Part shown: piece after piece, positions 51,126-62,988 of the stretch
Position numbering within the stretch: position 1 is the first letter of the stretch
Layout of the letters: each line of letters opens with the position of its first letter
DNA from: Lama glama
Taxonomy: Eukaryota
Length of the DNA stretch: 64,000 bases
Assembly: GCA_028534125.1 (NCBI GenBank)
Contig: CM052817.1
Span: forward strand, 12,092,001 to 12,156,000
Direction of reading: 5' to 3'
Notes under the pieces: model-generated
The model's input: only the letters and a program-made list of their open reading frames with translations
What the model was told of the DNA's origin: nothing
The model's database searches: none
Made by a program: the position numbers and the translations under genes

Positions 51126-51555
51126 TCAGATAGGGGGCATTTCTGAAAAATGAGTGTCGCAAGGGGGAAGGGAATTGAGCTGAAATTTTTCCTGATGGAG
51201 TTGATGCATTTCAGGGTTTGTTGAATTATTGTATGAGTCTTTGTTCTTTGTATTTTGATGTATATGCACGTCTGCAACAACTGGTATCTGTCTGCATCTG
51301 TCAATGGAGAGATTCATACACCAAAACTTCTTTTTCACAATCTCCTGGAATGATTTTGCAAAAAAGTAATTAAAATGGATCTCTGGGTCCAATGAAGATG
51401 GATCTATAACCATACTGACAGTCTGACATTTATAGAACCATAGAGCTGATAAGTAAATTACATGTACATTATTTTTGCTAGTTGCTATCTGATCTTATCT
51501 GGTAGAAAAGTCATGTAATCATCATTTCATAATGGCCAGAAATTTTCACTGACCT
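51126..51555 (-). pseudogene. Possible decayed class A GPCR (P2Y/PAR-like) TM6-TM7-helix 8-C-tail remnant
   Basis: 122-codon stop-free frame containing VHVIYLSALW…VIDP..LDPEIHFNYFFAKSFQEIVKKKFWC; upstream broken RSVKI.LAIM.MMIT.FLP. Resemblance by eye only. Confidence 0.35.
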
Positions 51556-51594
51556 GTAGAGACAGCATAGTGTACTGAACATTTAGAAATGATG

Positions 51595-51835
51595 TTAGGA
51601 AACATTTAAAAAGTGCCACATGCCTGATAAATTTCTAATTTTTTTAATACATGCCAACATAGTCTTTACAATTACTTTATGAAGTAGGTACTGTTGTGGT
51701 CGCCATTGTACAGACTGAGGAAATGAGGCACACAGAGGTAAAGTAACTTGTACAGAGTTGCTCAGATAATAAGAGGAACAATTAGGATTCAAATCCAGGT
51801 GTCCTGGTTCCAGATCCCATATGTGCTTAAACATT
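51595..51835 (-). mobile_element. MIR
   Basis: tacagactgaggaaatgaggcacagagaggtaaagtaacttg…ggattcaaatccagg. Confidence 0.9.
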
Positions 51836-51869
51836 TAATTTCTAATAGGAGTTGAATAGATGTCTTAAG

Positions 51870-52280
51870 ATATTCTAAGTGAAGTAATCCAGAAAGAGAA
51901 AGAAAAATACCATATGATATCACTTACATGTGGAATCTGAAAAAAAAAAGGGAGACAAAGACAAACTTATTTACAAAACAGAAACAGACTCACAGACATA
52001 CAAAATAAACTTATTGTTACCAGGTTGGGGAGGGGATTGAAAGGGATAAACTGGGAGTTCAAGATTTGCAAATACTAACTACAACATATAAAATAGATAA
52101 ACAGCAAGTTTATACTGTATTGCACAGGGAACTATATTCAATATCTTGTAGCAACTTATGGTTAAAAACGTGAAAATGAATATATGTATGTTCCTATATG
52201 ACTGAAGTATTGTGCAGTACACCAGAAATTGATGTAACACTGTAAACTGACTCTAGTTCGATAAAAATATATATTAAAAC
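51870..52280 (+). mobile_element. Camelid-type L1 3' end
   Basis: attctaagtgaagtaatccagaaagagaaag…gggaactatattcaatatcttgtag…caccagaaattg; closely similar to 58770-59135. Confidence 0.92.
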
Positions 52281-52299
52281 TAAAGGGAAAATAAGTGGA

Positions 52300-52920
52300 G
52301 GAACAGAAAAATGAAATTCCCTAGAGCTAAATTATGATGTGAATCATCAGTACGGGAGTCAACAAAGCACTGAGCAGGATGAATGGAAAATGCCCACTTA
52401 GGCACGTCCCTCATGAAGTTTCAGAACATGAAAGAAATTTTTACAAAAGATTCCAAAAATTTACAGAAACAAAACAACAAGCTGGTTACTTACCAATAAA
52501 TGAGAATTAAAATGGCATCTGACTTCTCATCAGCAAAACTGAGTATGACAGTAGACGGAAAAAGTTATTATAAATTACAGAGGAAAAGGCTATTTTCTGC
52601 CAAAATATCAAGGGCAAGTGCAGCCCAGACACATATTTGGATAGACAGGGACTCACAAAGTTTACCACTCACATCCTACAGTGATTTTCTAGAACGCACT
52701 CCAACAAATTTAAGATGAAAGACAGGAAAAAGGAGGATGTGGGATTCAAAAACCATCATGTTAAGCTTGTGTATAATTAAAAAACCCAGCTGTTGACTGT
52801 GCAGTTGGCTTAGAAACCAAATGAACTAAAGCAGAACAGGAAGTTAAGAAGTTTTAAGAAGGAAGACATTAAAGAAAAAAAAATTGATTCAATGTAACAG
52901 GTAAAATAATGTAGAAGCTA
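52300..52920 (+). mobile_element. Old L1M ORF1-region fragment
   Basis: MRIKMASDFSSAKL resembles the L1 ORF1 motif IRL..DFS..TL. Confidence 0.55.
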
Positions 52921-52933
52921 GATAACCTTGGTG

Positions 52934-53065
52934 CAGTTTTTCTTAGTCTTGGCACTGTTGATATTTTGAATAAGATCAGTTTTTGGTGGGGGAGGCTGTT
53001 TTATGAATTGTAGGATGTTTAGCAGCAACTGGAAAAATGATGAAATGCCATCCTTCTTGTGTTGT
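52934..53065 (-). mobile_element. MER20 fragment
   Basis: cttggcactgttgatattttg…ggctgt…attgtaggatgtttagcagca. Confidence 0.8.
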
Positions 53066-53699
53066 GTAGTATGTGTTCAATAAATGTTTATTAACTAAAC
53101 TAAGTTTACAGAGATTAAAAAGAATAAATGTGAAAAACATGGAAAAAGTAATGATGAATAAAATATAGAACATGGGGCATTATATTAGTTTACATAGTGA
53201 AAAATCAAGAAATAATGTCTTAAGTTGATAGGTTATAAAACAAAACTGAAGTAAATATGCAACTCTATACATATAATGAACAGGGAAGATGAAAATAAAA
53301 CTTGGCATAATTTGAGAAGAATGGAGAATATGAAAAGTACAACAGAAGATGATTGAATTGTAACCATCATCTTTTATATTAGGAATACATTATTATGAGA
53401 AGTTGAAAATCAAGAACAGATACAAGAACACTTCATGCAACGTTTTGGAGATAATCTCTAAGATGATTCAAAAACAAATTAAAAAAAGATACAAAAATTC
53501 CATGATTGAAAAAACAGATAAAAACAAAATGATACAAAAATACAAATAAAACAAAACATTAATGAGAGAAGAGTCAGCAGTTGGGGAAGCCAGTTCATTT
53601 GTGTCTTTTACTCTTTCACTCTATTTAATTTATGTTTTAATTGACTACTTTAAAAGAAAAATTATAAATTTAATGGGAGAGCTTTGGGAAAAATAACAG

Positions 53700-54300
53700 A
53701 ATGATCTTGCCATACAATGGACTAGTTGCTTCATATGAAATCTGATATCCTCTTTAGGATTATTGAATGAACAAGAGATTGCTAAATGAGTAGTGAGAAG
53801 ACATCCTTACAGAAAATTCCAGACTCAGGAATGATGCAATGAAATTTACATTTTAGATTTAGCACTTTCATGGCTGAATAAATAATGAGTCAAAGAGGTA
53901 ATAAAGATAAGAATTCAATTAGGAGGTAATTTTCAATTAGGAGGCAAGAAGCAATGATGACTTGGACCCAGGAGCAGCTGGGGTTTGGAATGAGGACTAA
54001 CAGACTGACAGGAAACTTGGGAAACAGGACGAGTAGGAGTTGGGGACAAAATATCATATGAGATGAAGAAAAAGAGAATGTCTAGGATGACCTCAGTGGT
54101 GTTCCACTGGAAGGTTCAATGAATGGTGGTGTCACTACAACAAGTAACCTAGGAGAAGAAAGAGTTATTTTGGAGAATGGGAAAACAAATTTAATTTTAA
54201 AAGATGTTGACCATGAGAATTTGTTCATTCATGAAGATGTTGCAGATACAGGGCTGAGGACTCAGAGGAGTCAATGGAAGTAAAGATTTGTTAAAATCTT
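53700..54300 (-). mobile_element. L2 fragment
   Basis: gatgacttggaccca…gagaatgtctaggatgacc…aatggtggtgtcact…ctcagaggag. Confidence 0.6.
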
Positions 54301-56329
54301 CAGTCTAGTGCTAGTGTCTTCGGGATAATATGATCAGTATGGGAACTAGTATCCTAGTCAGGACTCTCGCACCTAGCGGTGTGAGCTTGGAGAAATTATG
54401 TCTTTTCCACACCAATAAGATGGAACAAAAGTAGGATAAGATGATATTAAAGATACCTTGAGACTTGGGGTTTTTGTCAAATCTGCTTATTGAATTAGTC
54501 TAATATTGATAGTTAGATTTGTAATGACAAGGTTGTTTTACTAGGCATGGAAAGATTGAGCTGTAGTTTATGTTTCAGAGCACTGTTCTTTCTGATCAGC
54601 TTCCTGCCATATTTGATATTTTCCAAGAACCTGGGGAAAAGTGAATACTCTACTGAGGCAAGACTTTTCACAGCTGCATAATGCCACTCATTTTTTGTTT
54701 TATTATTGTGCTCGTGGATTACAGCTCATGTGGTGATGCTTAATTCCTGATTTTAAGCGCAGAATTTCACTTTATTAACCCGTTTTTAATAATCATAATT
54801 TTGTTAATTAAAAAATATCCGCAGGGAAGCTGATTGAGTTGGGAAGGGATGTGATCCAGGACTGTGGGGAATCTTTGAAAGATAATGCTTATGTTTTTGG
54901 ATAGAGAAGTGGAATTTTGGCCTGAATGCATTTTTGTGGTCCAGATTGACGAGCTCTTGTTCAGTTTATTTTTCTTGATTTTTGTCCTGATTGTCCAAAA
55001 CAGTTTATTTTCTTCTTTGTTCTTCCCCTGTGGCTTTCTGTTCTAGAATGGACACATGTCTTCTCTAAGCATTTGGGAAACAGGTCAATATGAAACTCCT
55101 TTATCAAATCCTATGCACAGCATTTTCCTGGGAAAAATGCCAAAATTGACCACTTACGCTAGATAGGAAAACCTCAGCTGGCTTTCCAAATCTAAGCACT
55201 GTGATTTTCCCAACAAAGATCTTTGAAACTTAAGATATAGGGTGCTTGCATATTTTGGTTTACAGTACTCAAACTGAAATTTGATTCCCCTTGTTTTTCA
55301 TTAAGTACCAGGAAAAGAATAAACATGGCTTTTCCTAGAATTCAGCATAATCTGCTTCCAACTGTATTCTGTGAATCTAAAAGCGTTTCAAATGATTAAA
55401 AAAGTAACCTTGGATCTGTAATTCAGCCACAGCGCTCATAATCACAGCACAGCTGACTGAAATCACGTGTGTTATCTTCTAGATAAATGATCCTCTATTG
55501 TGAGTAGGGAGGAGAGTATTAGATTTAGAAAACTGAATGTTAAAAAGGAGCAAATTCCAGGTTCTGTTTTAAAGCTTACGTTTTTGAAAAATACTTTCTG
55601 CTTAATGCTTATTGGCTTGTGTAGAGGGTGGCATGAGTTAAACTAGTTTAAGGATTTGTTCTTTGAATTGATAGTCTTGTTTTTTAGTAACACAATTTAA
55701 TACTTTGGTCCATGTTAGAATACACGTTATTAGTACCATAGATTAGTTGAAAATTAGATACGGCTTTTATCACTCATCATTAATATCAAGTTTTTAAACT
55801 TTACATAACATAAAAACTGATCAACTAGGAGAGGGATGGGGTTAGTTCATTCTATTTACCACAAATTACACATGATTCCATCTTCTTAGGTGCACCAGGG
55901 AAGTTATTTTAATGAAATCTTGGAAATCCAAAAAGGTAAGGATCTATTAGATTATTCAGCCTTGTGTTAGATAAACATGAGAATGAGCCCCAGAACCTTG
56001 GGCAGTAAAAATATTCAATGTTTGATCTGGATTCACTTATACTTCACAATCATCAGGTATTTTTAAAAAGCAGTTTAGCAAGAGTAACCATCTCTTGAAC
56101 ACAATAGTGTGTACCTACTAAAATATGTAAAAATACAGTAAAACTTGGATTTGTTGCTCTAAATCAATCTTAAAGACAAACAGCATTTGAAAATTATTTT
56201 TCTAAAGGACATATTTCCTTTAAAATTTAATTAAAATTTTATGTGGGTAATAGTTACAAATATAAATATTCTTTTGCATTGCAGTTGATTGTGTACTTAT
56301 TTGAATAGCCCAGAACCTCCTTACAAAAA

Positions 56330-56700
56330 CAGCTATAACCACTAAGATAACATATCAGAAATATCACAGGCAGCATCTACAATAAAGTTATATGAAAAAA
56401 ATATTCCTATGTGTGGGGTCAAACCAAAAACAGCAGTAACAATGATATAGTTTCAAAGATTCTTCAAGAGAATGCAGAAACAGTGAATAAAATCTTCATG
56501 TGGCTCAGAGAGCTAAAGAATCCAGAAATTGCTCCATTTGTTGTAGAAAGCTTGATGAGCAAATCTTGAACAACTCAACTAGGAGGGTGTCTACAGAGGC
56601 TTAACTCTGTAAGGAAGTTAATGGTGACCATGTTGAATTTCAGACAATGTTGAGGTATGAATCCTTGCAGTTAATGCAATAGAACTCACTTTGGGAATAA
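56330..56700 (+). mobile_element. Ancient RTE-clade LINE RT relic (MamRTE-like)
   Basis: tgtggggtcaaacc…cagcagtaacaatgatat…cttcaagagaatgcagaaacagtgaataaaatcttcatgtggct ~ CGFR..RST.DMIF…LQEKCREQN..L..AF. Confidence 0.5.
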
Positions 56701-56889
56701 AGCACTGGAAACAGAAAGGACACATCTCAGAAAATACAAGGCCATGCGTTTTGAGACTTATATGTTAACAATAGAGAATACTACTGTAGAGTCATGTGAT
56801 TTGATAATATTTTAGCCTACTCTTTCCTTCTGAGAATCCACGAAAACCTAGTTATTTAGAAATCATCAACTGAAATATACTGCAGCCAC

Positions 56890-57112
56890 AGAAGAGTCAG
56901 TATGAGCTCTTCTCTGTCTGTTTGATAGAATTCCCTGGACTTTCGCTTGCAGGGAGTTGCTTTTTATTGCTGATTCTATTCCACTTCTAATGATTGGTCT
57001 GTTCAAATGATCTGTTTCTTCTTGATTCAGCTTTGGTGGACTGTATGTTTCTAGAAAGTCATCCATTTCTTCTGGGTTGTCCAATTTATCGCCATATAGT
57101 TGTTCATAGTAT

Positions 57113-57143
<31 letters not shown>

Positions 57144-59145
57144 TTTTTTGTATTTCTGTGGTGTTGGTTGTAATTCCTACATTTTCATTTCTTATTTTGT
57201 ATATTTGTGCCCTCTCTTTCCTTCTTGATGAGCCTGGCCAGAGGTTTGTCAATTTTGTTTACTCTTTCAAAAAAACCCAGCTCTCGGTTTGATTGATTTG
57301 TCTATCATTTTTTAAAAAATCTGTTTTATTTATTTCCTCCCTTTATTATTTCTTTCATTTTGCTGACTTTAGGTTTTGTTTGTTCTTCTTTTTCTAATTC
57401 TTTTAGGTGGTAGGTTAAGCCCTTTACTTGAGATTGTTCTTGTTTTTTGAGGAAATTAAAGAAGACTTAAAGAAATGGAAAGATATCCCATGTTCTTGGG
57501 TTGGAAGAATTAATATTGTTAAAATGGCCCTATTACTCAAAGCAATCTACAGATTTAATGCAATCCCTTTCAAACTACCCAGGACATTTTTCATAGAACT
57601 TGAACAAATAATCCTAAAATTTATGTGGAATTTACAGTTTTCACTGAAATGGTCAGCCTGCACTCAGTCTTTGCTGAGCACAGTAATCAAAACAGCATAG
57701 TATTAGTACAAAAACAGACATAGGGATCAATGGAACAGTACGGAGATTCCAGAAATAAACCCACAGACTTCTGGTCAACTAATCTTTGACAAAGGTGGCA
57801 AGAATATATAATGGAGTAAAGACAGTCTCTTCAGCAAATGGTGTTGGGAAAACTGGACAGCAGCATGTAAATCAATAAAGTTAGAATACTCCCTCACACC
57901 ATACACAAAAATAAACTCAAATGGCTTAAAGATTTAAGCATAATACAAGACACTATAAACCTCAGGAGAAACATAGGCAAAACATTCTCTGATGTAAATC
58001 TTAGCAACGTTCTCCTAGTGCAGTCTACCTAGGCAATAAAAATAAAAGCAAAAATAAACAAATGGGGCCTAATTAAACTTATAAGCTTTTATACAGCAAA
58101 AGAAACCATAAGCAAAACAAAAAGACAACCTACGGAATGGGAGAAAATATTTGCAAAAGATGAGACTGACAAGGGCTTAATTTCCAGAATAAATAAATAG
58201 CTCATACAGCTTAATAATAATAAAAGATTAACAACCCAGTCCAAAAATGAGCAATTCTCTGGTGAAGACATACCAATGGCCAATAGGTGCATGAAAATAT
58301 GCTCAGTATTGCTAATTATCAGAGAAACGGAAATCAAAACTACAATGAGGTATCACCTCACATCAGTCAGAATGGCCATAATTAAAAAGTCTATAAATGA
58401 TAAATGCTGGAGGGGGTGTGGAGAAAAGGGAACCCTCCTACACTGCTGGTGGGAATGTAGTTTGGTGTAGCCATTATGGAAAACAGTATAGAGATTCCTC
58501 AAAAAACTAAAAATAGACTTACCATATGATACAGCAATCCCACTTCTGGGTATATATCTGGAGGGAACTCTAATTCATAAAAGGCACATGCACCCCAATG
58601 TTCATAGCAGCAGTATATACAATAGCCAAGACATGGAAGCAACCTAAATGTCCATCAAGAGATGACTGGATAAAGAAGTTGTGGTATATTTATACAATGG
58701 AATACTACTCAGTCTTAAAAAATAATAAAATAATGTCATTTGCAACAACATGGATGGACTTGGAGTTTGTCATTCTAAGTGAAGTAAACCAGAAAGAGAA
58801 AGAAAAATATCAAATGATATCACTTATATGCGGAATCTAAAAAAAAGACAAGTGAACTTATTTACAAAACAGAAACAGACGTGGAAAACAAACTTATGGC
58901 TACTGTAGGGGGAAGGAGATGGGAAGGGAAAAATTGGGAGTTTGAGAGTTGCAGTTACTAACTACTATAAAATAAATAAACAACAAATTTATAGTGTGTA
59001 GCACAGGGGACTATATTCAATATCTTGTAGTAACCTACAATGAAAAAGAATATGAAAGTGAATATATACTTGATTGAACTGTTACGCTGTACACCAGAAA
59101 TTGGCACAACATTGTAAACTGACTATACTTCAATTAAAAAAAAAA
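56890..59145 (+). mobile_element. Young camelid-type L1 with inverted 5' segment
   Basis: Antisense ORF2 at 56890-57445 (REYYEQLY.DKLDN.EEMD.FLETY); sense ORF2 C-terminus from ~57448 ([18 protein letters not shown]…HCWWEC…); 3' UTR and poly(A). Confidence 0.95.
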
Positions 59146-59399
59146 CTGAAAGAAAGGCAATAATAATGCAACGTATGTATAATGGCAGTAATTGCAGAAT
59201 ATGACTAACAAAACAATAGAATTGAACAGATACTAGAAAATAGAATTCAAGTAAATTTTCTTAGAATTAAAAAAAGACTTGAAACGACATGTTGAAAGAT
59301 CATACTACATCCCTTTGAAAATACCCAGAAAGATACATTTTTAGCATAATTATGGACTTCAGAGAAATAAAAATCCTTCAGACATCATTCCAAAAACTT

Positions 59400-59628
59400 A
59401 GAGTGAATTGGAAGTTCAAGATTTGCAGGTGCTACCTGCTATATACAGAATAGATAAACAAAAAGTTTATTATGTATAACACGGGGGAATATATTCAATA
59501 TCTTGTAGTAATCTACAATGAAAAAGAATATGAAAAGGAATATATGTATGACTGAAACTTTATGCTGTACACCAGAAATCGACATAACATTGTAAATTGA
59601 CTATACTTCAGTTAAAAAAAAAAAAAAG
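59400..59628 (+). mobile_element. Camelid-type L1 3' end with poly(A)
   Basis: ttcaagatttgcag…atattcaatatcttgtagtaa…accagaaatcgacataacattgtaaattgactatacttcagttaaaaaaaaaaaaaaa. Confidence 0.92.
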
Positions 59629-60369
59629 GATATAGACATTTATAAGCAAAAGAGTACCCAATTGTTGTCTAAATTTATGAAATTTATATTTTATTTAAGA
59701 GGACAATGTAGTAATCTTTGCAAGAAAATGTAGAAAAGAAAATGTAAGCCAACAATTGCATATCTAGCCAAACTGATGTTAAAAAATAGTGACATTTTAC
59801 ATAACACAGACATACTATTATTAGCATACGTAATGTTAGTTAATATTTCATGAGTCCTTCATAAGAAATACACTAAGGAAGGATTATAAGATGACAGAAA
59901 GGCCTAAAAAGTCACTGTCATTATTATTTACAGTAAGCATTAAATATAATGTTATTAATAGAACTGAAATTAGGGAGAGTGGGGAGAGGAAAAGGAAAGC
60001 AGAATGAGTTTACTGATTGCCTTCTGGATGTAAGCTGGGATTAAAAGTCTGTCTTCTCAAATGAAGTGCAAGGAGACAGAGGAGAGGGAAAAGAAAAGAT
60101 TCTACCTAACAACCTCACTTATAGTAGAAAATGAATAGACTTTATCCAAAAAGAAAAAGAAAATACTAATTAACAGTATTATGTAAAGAAATTAGCATAA
60201 ATGCAACTATTACCAAAAAATATAGACATGTCTAAATATTAAAGATATGCAGAGAGAAGAAGAGTGAGAGCAAGGATGAAAAAGGAAGGAGAGAGAGACA
60301 GAGACAGAGACAGGGAAACACTCGTCAAATGACATTAAAGATGGAAAAAAGCAGAGAATTCAGAAGGCC

Positions 60370-60830
60370 AGATCAGCTAACCAAGATTCAGTTAGAAGAC
60401 AGAACCACTCTTTGCGCTCAGGTATAATTGTTTTCATGTAGCAAAAGGGGTTTAAATATCAGTCATAAGAGTCAGAGGGGCAGAGATCAGAGAAGCTACT
60501 GCTGAAAGTCAGAGGGTCTCCTGCAAGTCAGAATAATCAATACTCAAGCCTCAACCCAAGGTGCCAAAATGGATAATTCTCAAACTGGCTGCTTCTGCAA
60601 CTCTTGAGAGTCAGAGAATTCCCCACCTAATATCTCCACTTGTAGTGGACAACCAGGTAAGTCTTAAGAGTTGTCAGGAATTTCTTACGTGCCCATATGT
60701 CTGGCTGCTGCTGCTTCAAGAGAAGAACATCTTCTCTTTCATTTTGATCTTTTAAATTCATTTAAGTTCCCCATACCTGCAGTCTTTTACCTAGAGCCAT
60801 ACACAGAAGGGCATTCTGGGAAATGCATTG
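60370..60830 (-). mobile_element. Old ERVL-type LTR (LTR33/MLT2-related)
   Basis: agattcagttagaagacagaaccac…ggggtttaaata…gggcattctgggaaatg. Confidence 0.45.
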
Positions 60831-60944
60831 CAGAGCATGGGGATAAAGATGATGCTGAGGTAACTGCATATATGCCATCACAGTAAGCAAAGAAAGTCAT
60901 ACAGTATGCTGTACATAAGAAGTCATCTAAAACAAAGAAGTTCT

Positions 60945-61160
60945 TTTTTTCCCCATTTTTTAATTAAAGTAAGGTCAATTTTCAGTGTTGCTTCCATTTC
61001 TGGCATACAGCATGATGTTTCAGTATATGTATACATACATATATTTCCTTTTATATTTTTTTTCATTATAGGTTACTACAAGATACTGAATATAGTTCCC
61101 TGTGCTATACAGAAGAAACTTGTTTATCCATTCTATATATAGCAGTTAGCATCTACAAAT
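60945..61160 (-). mobile_element. Camelid-type L1 3' end
   Basis: ttcattataggttactacaagatactgaatatagttccctgtgctatacag. Confidence 0.9.
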
Positions 61161-62988
61161 CTGCCAGACATTCTTAAGTGTTTAAATTAAAATAATGGAT
61201 ACAGCTACACAAGGTAATTGCAAATTAAAAAAAAAAGAGTCATGAGTTTGATATCTGACAAAGTTGAACTGAGCTCAAGAAACATAGAGATGAACACTTT
61301 TACTGTTAAACTCTGTATTTAATAATAAAGATATGAGTTACTAATATGCATGCATCGAATATGTATCACAGCAATGACTCACATAAAGACAAACTATTTA
61401 ACATACAAGGAAAATGGACAAAATACAAAAATGGTATAAATAGTATTCCCTCACCATAGATAGCACAAATAACATTAAAAAAGACATCACATGGATATTT
61501 TATGTTTGAATTGCTCCTAATAATTTAGGCAAAACATAACATTTTATTGTATTTAAATTGCATATACTTTATATATAAGATTGTATATACATGTATCCTT
61601 TTAAATTTCTAATTCTGTGAACTGTTTATTTACGTCTTTTGTGCATTTTATCTGTTGGTTTCTCTGCCTTTTTGTAAAAGGTTTATAGGAGATTTTTGAC
61701 ATTCCATATTGATGTCCTTTGCTGTGGTCCGAACGTGCTACAAGATTGTATCATGGAATTCGAGCAATTGTGTACGTCCAAGCCAGTCTACTAGAGCCAC
61801 TGTTGAATATACTTAACCTCTTCTTATAATTGAGTTCTGGCTGCTTTGTAAGTGGGTGACTCCATTTCTATGGCTTCTGGTTGGAATTAATTTTGCAACC
61901 TAATGCATTATATATCCCTTCTAGGTGTCTTTCATTTATCACCATTACTTAATATTTACAACCAAGGTTGCAGCTAATTCCCTTCACCCCTTAATTTGAT
62001 TCAGTCTTTATTTTTGCTGCCTCACTGGATTCTTCATTGTTTTCAGATTTTTCCGTCTGGCACTAGGCCCCAATTTTATAGGCATTTTATTGACATTGTT
62101 TAATTTATTTCAAAATAATTTCCACACTAGTAAAAATATATTTCCAAATGTATGTACTTCAGCTCTCAGAAATATCCCATTATGTGAATCTCATTCCTCA
62201 GTGACAGTGGAAAAATGTGTTTATGGGGTGGATGAGTTTGGTTATGACAACAATTCTATTTCTCTCCCTTAGATAAGAAAAATGACTGAAAAGACTGAAC
62301 TGTGAGTCTCAGTAAAAATGTGCAATTATCATGTTGTCATGCAGACCCAGGCCTCTCTGCTTAAACTTATTTTAAAGAAATAGAAAATACACTGGCTAAG
62401 ACTACTTTTCTTTTCTCTCTCTGTATTCTCGCTCCCCAGGAAGCCATGTCTTGTCTGGCTAATGTCTAGGGCTCTACTATACCAAGAAGAGATCTCCTGG
62501 TTGAAAACTTATCAAACAGGAAACTCATTTGGAAACGCTGATGCATTTTGATGCTAGGTTATGTAGACGACATACCTTGTTGACCTAACTATAATTTTTC
62601 AGTCTCCTTATTCACACTAATTAAACATGATTCAGGTTACATATTATTTCTGTCTTCTCCATTCCATCCCATTAATTTATCTCTTAACTTTCATTCCGTA
62701 AGTATTCTATATTTGGCCTAGATACTATGTTTTAATCATTTTATGCTGAATTTTCTGTCTTAGGGTATAAAAACATTCAGTTCTCAAATTTCAAAGGAAA
62801 AGTGGATCTTGAAGGATAAGGAAGGTTTAGACCTGTGGGGAAAGGGGAAACAATGTTTAGAGAGCGTAAAATAGTTTTAAATAAGATTTGGGTGCCTGTG
62901 TATATAATATTTCATACATAATGGTAAAACCCTGTTTACTGCATTTTACCTTCTATTATTACTTATGCTATAATAATTTAAACTTTAA

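Noticed and set aside
55950..56140. Minus-strand KYLMIVKY…FW.LILMFI as a possible TM3/TM4 of the GPCR relic
   Set aside because: Needs several frameshifts and lacks D/E-R-Y; indistinguishable from chance in T-rich DNA without an alignment.
56866..58840. Several ORFs with clear protein similarity
   Set aside because: Fragments of a broken L1 ORF2; not a host gene and not retrotransposition-competent.
62401..62560. Strong + strand acceptor (CAG at 62437-62439) followed by gccATG
   Set aside because: The ATG frame stops after 7 codons and no good donor follows.
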